DNA from: Penicillus capitatus
Lineage: Eukaryota; Plantae; Chlorophyta
Length of the DNA stretch: 64,000 bases
Assembly: GCA_965649825.1 (NCBI GenBank)
Contig: OZ287709.1
Span: 1-64,000 of the forward strand
Reading direction: 5' to 3'
The notes under the pieces are model-generated. The model had not been told where the DNA came from, searched no databases, and saw nothing but the letters and a program-made list of their open reading frames with translations. Below are positions 59,917 through 64,000 of this stretch, piece by piece (position 1 is the first letter of the stretch; each line of letters starts with the position of its first letter). The translations under genes and the position numbers were made by a program.

Positions 59917-61356
59917 TCATTTTTGAATCCCACAGAGCCATCCGGCTGGACTTTGGTGAGCTGCCTTTTCAAATGCCTTTGCAGCTTGCAGCTGCGTTTG
60001 ATTGGGAGTGGATGGAAAGAGAAGTGCAGATGTGATGAGGGATCGTTGCAGCGGAGAGAGTTGCCTCTGAAATGAAAGAGAGATCTCGACGATCAGATCC
60101 CCCTACACATCTACATCCACGTCTTCTGCCGTTTTGCGTAGAGAACCCACTCTTTTCCCATCAGGATAGCACATTCCCTCTCCCTTGATGACATGTCGAT
60201 AGCCTGGCGTGGGAATACAAGGCAACAGGACAGCAAGCTGCCTAAAGAGAGATAGGAATGCAGATGAGAATGGCGACCGTGGTGCCTGCCTTCCGTCCAG
60301 CGTTTCGACTTCGATAGGGTGTTGAAGAAATGCTTGATGGATAGGGACATTGACAGGGTAGATGAGGTTCCTGCCTTCGCGGATGAACTTCTCATGTGGG
60401 CGGATTTGAAGGATATAAACCACGGTTCCTGGCTGAATGCCTGGATCGACATCACCTTCCCTTCCAAAAAAGTCGCCAGATCATCAAGGAGATGGGAGAG
60501 GATTTGGCAGATGACCCTGGAAAAGGGAATGTCTTTCCGTTTTCCTCTCCTGGGGTAATGGGAATCTTGAATTCCTTCTTCACTTCCTCTGTGGAACCGT
60601 CTGACGACTTGATGGTTTTGATGTGCGAGATCGTTTTGGTACAGCCATAAAAAACATCTTCGAGATCGCAGCAGAACTCGATCTAGGCAGCCAAGGAGTT
60701 CATTTGGCTTCTCGTTCGAGCCGCCTGCGTCAGCGTACGGATTTGGCTGTAGCGCGTGCCGGTGGTTGGTAACCGTTTAGATACCCCGCGCATTCTTCCA
60801 AGATATTCTCCTCTGTAGTGCCTAAATGATAATGATGGATGCAGGGAGACATCCATTAAGGAGAACGGTAGATGGCCTCATATGCATTCTCTGTGGCAAA
60901 AACACGCTTGAAAATTCGCATGGGATCTGTTTTGGGATCAAATGTATAGATCCCTCCGATCCTGCCCCCGTTACCATCTCCCATTCCTTTCTTCAAGACA
61001 TTTTCACCGTGAAGATCATAGAGAGCTTTCCATTCGGCTGGTCATCGCTGACTGAAGGATCATTCCAAGAGATGGGATTGGAGTACGTTGGCTTAGGACA
61101 TCGTAGGCTTCGCTCACGCGACTGAATTCGATGGCCGCATTCGGATCCTGAGCTTCAGCCGATCGAAATTTCAAAGCCTTTCTTCGATAGCTGTCAACGT
61201 TCTCGTCACCATCATGTCTCTCATGGACAGGTCACACAGTCTTACCCAGCACGAATTTCTGCAGCATCTGCCGAACTATCAAACACGTCAGCAGTCGTGC
61301 GCTGTCAAATCATCATCAGCTCACCACTGAATTCCCAGGATGTCATAGTAAGACAT
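59917..61356 (-). CDS. DNAJB13: DNAJB13/RSP16-like Hsp40 (radial-spoke type), J-domain without HPD
   Basis: Spliced MSYYDILG...YRRKALKFRSA...EAYDVLSQPEWKALYDLHGE...LEDVFYGCTK...PVNVPIHQA...VETLDGR...GEGM...GDLIVEI. Confidence 0.8.
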
Positions 61357-61520
61357 TTCGTGAGAATATAAAAAACCGGTGACGCACGTATTGTTAGACT
61401 TCATGCACTGCATCGGTCTCTACGACGTCACATCAACTCACATAATCGATGCTTCGCATCGGCTACTTTGCGGACCTCCCGCTTGCGTTTTTGAACTTCC
61501 TTCGCTCTCTTCCCAAAAGA

Positions 61521-62669
61521 ATGAGGAATGGTCGTCGTGTCGTCAATACAGACTCCAATAGTGATGTACTATTGCCCGACGGTTTCAAATTCACCAAGAG
61601 ACTCGGTCAAGGAGGCCAAGGAACCGTCGTGCTGGCGAAAGACGCGCGAGCTGACAAGACGCAAGTGAGGGAAAAGCCTCTCGGGTTGGATTCCTCTCGG
61701 TACGACCCGTGCCGCGTTGCCATAAAGTGTTATACACGCTCTTTATTGACTGACCCAAAGCGACGAAACCAAGTCCGCCGCGAAATTCGTTCGCTGCAAC
61801 TGCTTCAGCACCCGCACATCATAGGATTCCGCGAAGTTCTGCTCAGCCGCACACATGTTTGTCTAGTTACCGACTATGCAGCTGGCGGCTCTCTGTTCGA
61901 CGTTCTGTGTCGTAAGAAAACACAGATTTTGACAGAGGGTGTAGCCCGAAGGCTGTTCCAGCAATTAATCACTGGAGTTGACTATGCGCATCGCAAGGGC
62001 TTCACAAATCGGGACATCAAACCAGAGAACATCCTTTTCTATCCTGTACCTGTCGGACAGTCACCCATGCTTGTACTGTGTGATTTTGGACTCTCTCGCC
62101 GCGACACCTCAGGTTTAATCTCGACGATGGAAGGAACCTGTGGTTACCTGGCACCGGAGCTTTTTTCTGGGCAGTGTAAAACAGTTGACCAAATTAAACA
62201 AGCCGACCTATATTCTTGCGGGGTGGTCCTCTATCAGATGCTATACGGATTAGCACATCGACCCCTTGGACCTGGACCGGGAAACAAAGCACGACATCGC
62301 ATCGATATGAAAATAATGCGTTCTTGGTTACACGGAGGATTCAAAGAACTGGAACTTCCAGATCTCAGATACGTGTCTGAGGAATGCGCGGACTTTCTCA
62401 ATCGAATTCTGCAGCCAAATCCTAAAAACAGAATGAAGATAGACGAAATATGGACACATCCCTGGTTTCGTACCAGTCTGAGCGATGAAGCGCTGGAGTG
62501 GAATCGGACGCTATTAGCTGCACAGGAGTCCGACACCTCTCTCCAACTCTTCAACGAACAACAACTCGAAACTCTCTTGGACGAAGCGTGTCCAGTCAAG
62601 ATGAAGTCACGTGGATGCGGATTTCATCCTTTCAAGCAATTGGCGACGCTGACAAGAAGCCAATCCTGA
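61521..62669 (+). CDS. SnRK2-like Ser/Thr kinase, paralog B (intronless)
   Basis: LGQGGQGTV, VAIK, REIRSLQLLQHPHII, NRDIKPEN, CDFG and YLAPE motifs. It is clearly similar to 57065..58123. Confidence 0.92.
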   Translation: MRNGRRVVNTDSNSDVLLPDGFKFTKRLGQGGQGTVVLAKDARADKTQVREKPLGLDSSRYDPCRVAIKCYTRSLLTDPKRRNQVRREIRSLQLLQHPHIIGFREVLLSRTHVCLVTDYAAGGSLFDVLCRKKTQILTEGVARRLFQQLITGVDYAHRKGFTNRDIKPENILFYPVPVGQSPMLVLCDFGLSRRDTSGLISTMEGTCGYLAPELFSGQCKTVDQIKQADLYSCGVVLYQMLYGLAHRPLGPGPGNKARHRIDMKIMRSWLHGGFKELELPDLRYVSEECADFLNRILQPNPKNRMKIDEIWTHPWFRTSLSDEALEWNRTLLAAQESDTSLQLFNEQQLETLLDEACPVKMKSRGCGFHPFKQLATLTRSQS

Positions 62670-63055
62670 TTGGATGGATGGATAGATGACGCTGGTGCCA
62701 CACCTCAGTCGAATCTCATTCTTTCATCTGAGTGCACGTACATATGCATGTGTACGCGAGTGTCGTCTATGTACATACATGTACGTGCATCCGTCTATCC
62801 ATACATGTATGCTGCGCTTGTTCGTTCGTTTGTTCGTTTGTTTGTTCATATAATTTTCACAAGGTCCGTCCCGTGTTGTGGATGAGCGAGGTCGAACGGC
62901 GAATTTAATCAAAGTGCAGAGATTTTCTCTGTTTGCACTAGTAGGCCGCAGTGAATAAGATACCAAGTCAAGAAACACACAATGATGAAGCTTTCCCTGA
63001 TGAATAAAGAAAGTTCTTTTTGTTCTCACGATCATGAGCATCCTCTGTTTTTGCT

Positions 63056-64000
63056 TCAACGACGACGTCTTCTAAATCGTCTGAACCGTGATTTCTTGGG
63101 TATCTCCGGTTCTGTCCATGGAAGTCGATCTGTAACGATTCGGCTGTTTCGTAGATGTGGCAATTTGACGAGGGCGTCCCTGACTTCTTTTCGATCTTCA
63201 TACCATGATTTATACAACTGGTCGTCTTTGTCTAACCACCATGCAAAATCCCTGTGTCCACGACCAGCAACCACAACAACATCGCCCTTCCGTGCTGTTC
63301 CAATGGCGGCGCGAATAGCAAAGCTGCGATCTTCAATAACATGCCGCTGGATCTCTTTTTGTGCCCGGAATAGCCACTCTTCAAACCACCATGGTACACG
63401 ACCTGGGTCTTGCCAAGGGGAAAGCACCCATAGTTCTGATCTATCGAGGACATCTTCAGGAAAGCCAGCTACAATGTCATCAATGATTTCGTCGGGAGCC
63501 TCTTTGGCTGGTGAATCCGATGTAATAATGACAATATCAGCATGATAGTGGGCGACACTGCCCATCAGAGCGCGCTCCTGCCGAGAATGATGACCACAAC
63601 ATCCAAAAACTAAGAACACTCTCTTTGCACCACACGCCCTGATCTCTTTAGATGTATGGCACCCTTCCTTGTAAATGCGTGATCGTACTTCATATTCTGA
63701 ATGACAGATGTCAGACGTTTCGCAGAATCAGCACTATCAACCACTACTGAAAAATCTTGTCCCTCGTCCACGAGCTCGCACCTAATCCCGGCAGCGTTAA
63801 CAAAGAAAGAGCTTTTAATAGATGCGATCAATCACCGACCGTCCTGGAATATCATCCAGCGATTCGATCCCGGTCACAACAGTTTGCAGTTCAATGCCGA
63901 TCGATATGGCTGTTGCCACCGAGGCAAGGATATTGGAGATGTTATGCTTTCCAACAAGAGGCGTGATGATCTGCATCTTGCCAAGAGGTGTTCGAATAAT
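63056..64000 (-). CDS. murE: MurE-like (Mur ligase family) protein, C-terminal part, 5' end beyond window
   Basis: LVGKHNISNILA, IPGRCELVDEGQDF, VFGC, VIITSDSP, DRSFAIRAAI and DVVVVAGRGH motifs. Confidence 0.85.

Noticed and set aside
62733-62789. 11-bp inverted repeat hairpin in the convergent 3' region
   Set aside because: The sequence is alternating purine-pyrimidine and low-complexity, and the stem does not extend to miRNA-precursor quality.
1-64000. Stop-codon reassignment (TAA/TAG = Gln as in some ulvophytes)
   Set aside because: Conserved genes end at TAA, TAG and TGA, and in-frame stops fall within introns.

Overview
Eukaryotic nuclear DNA from a compact, gene-dense genome (about 34 genes in 64 kb, mostly 45-65 nt GT-AG introns, standard genetic code). 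Plastid-type genes (HisIE, BASS, Mini-III, MurE), a flagellar DNAJB13/RSP16-like gene and TGTAA after some stops point to a green alga (Chlorophyta). A Bryopsidales-like lineage is an inference. I assembled gene models by hand across introns, so internal boundaries and some starts are approximate. Left to right: a secreted beta-helix protein with 11 near-identical 159-bp coding repeats (runs off the left edge), two divergent NRT2-family transporters flanking a START protein, RPL18A, an unknown gene, a cadherin-like beta-sandwich membrane protein, BUD31, HisIE, a candidate micro-exon gene, divergent TruB, citrate synthase, an alpha2delta-like VWA + C-type lectin protein, an acidic unknown, AVT1-like transporter, villin, two mitochondrial carriers, P4-ATPase, YIF1, ARFRP1, an unknown, Mini-RNase III, DHHC, a Cys-rich secreted protein, DNMT2, TM-RING, BASS, two SnRK2-like kinases flanking an NBD-only Hsp70 and an HPD-less J-protein, and a degenerate MurE (runs off the right edge). 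I recognised no tRNA, rRNA, CRISPR array or transposon. I cannot demonstrate a new system. The best leads are the repeat-expanded beta-helix, the NRT2 paralogs with altered substrate motifs, the VWA-lectin protein and several degenerate enzymes or chaperones.
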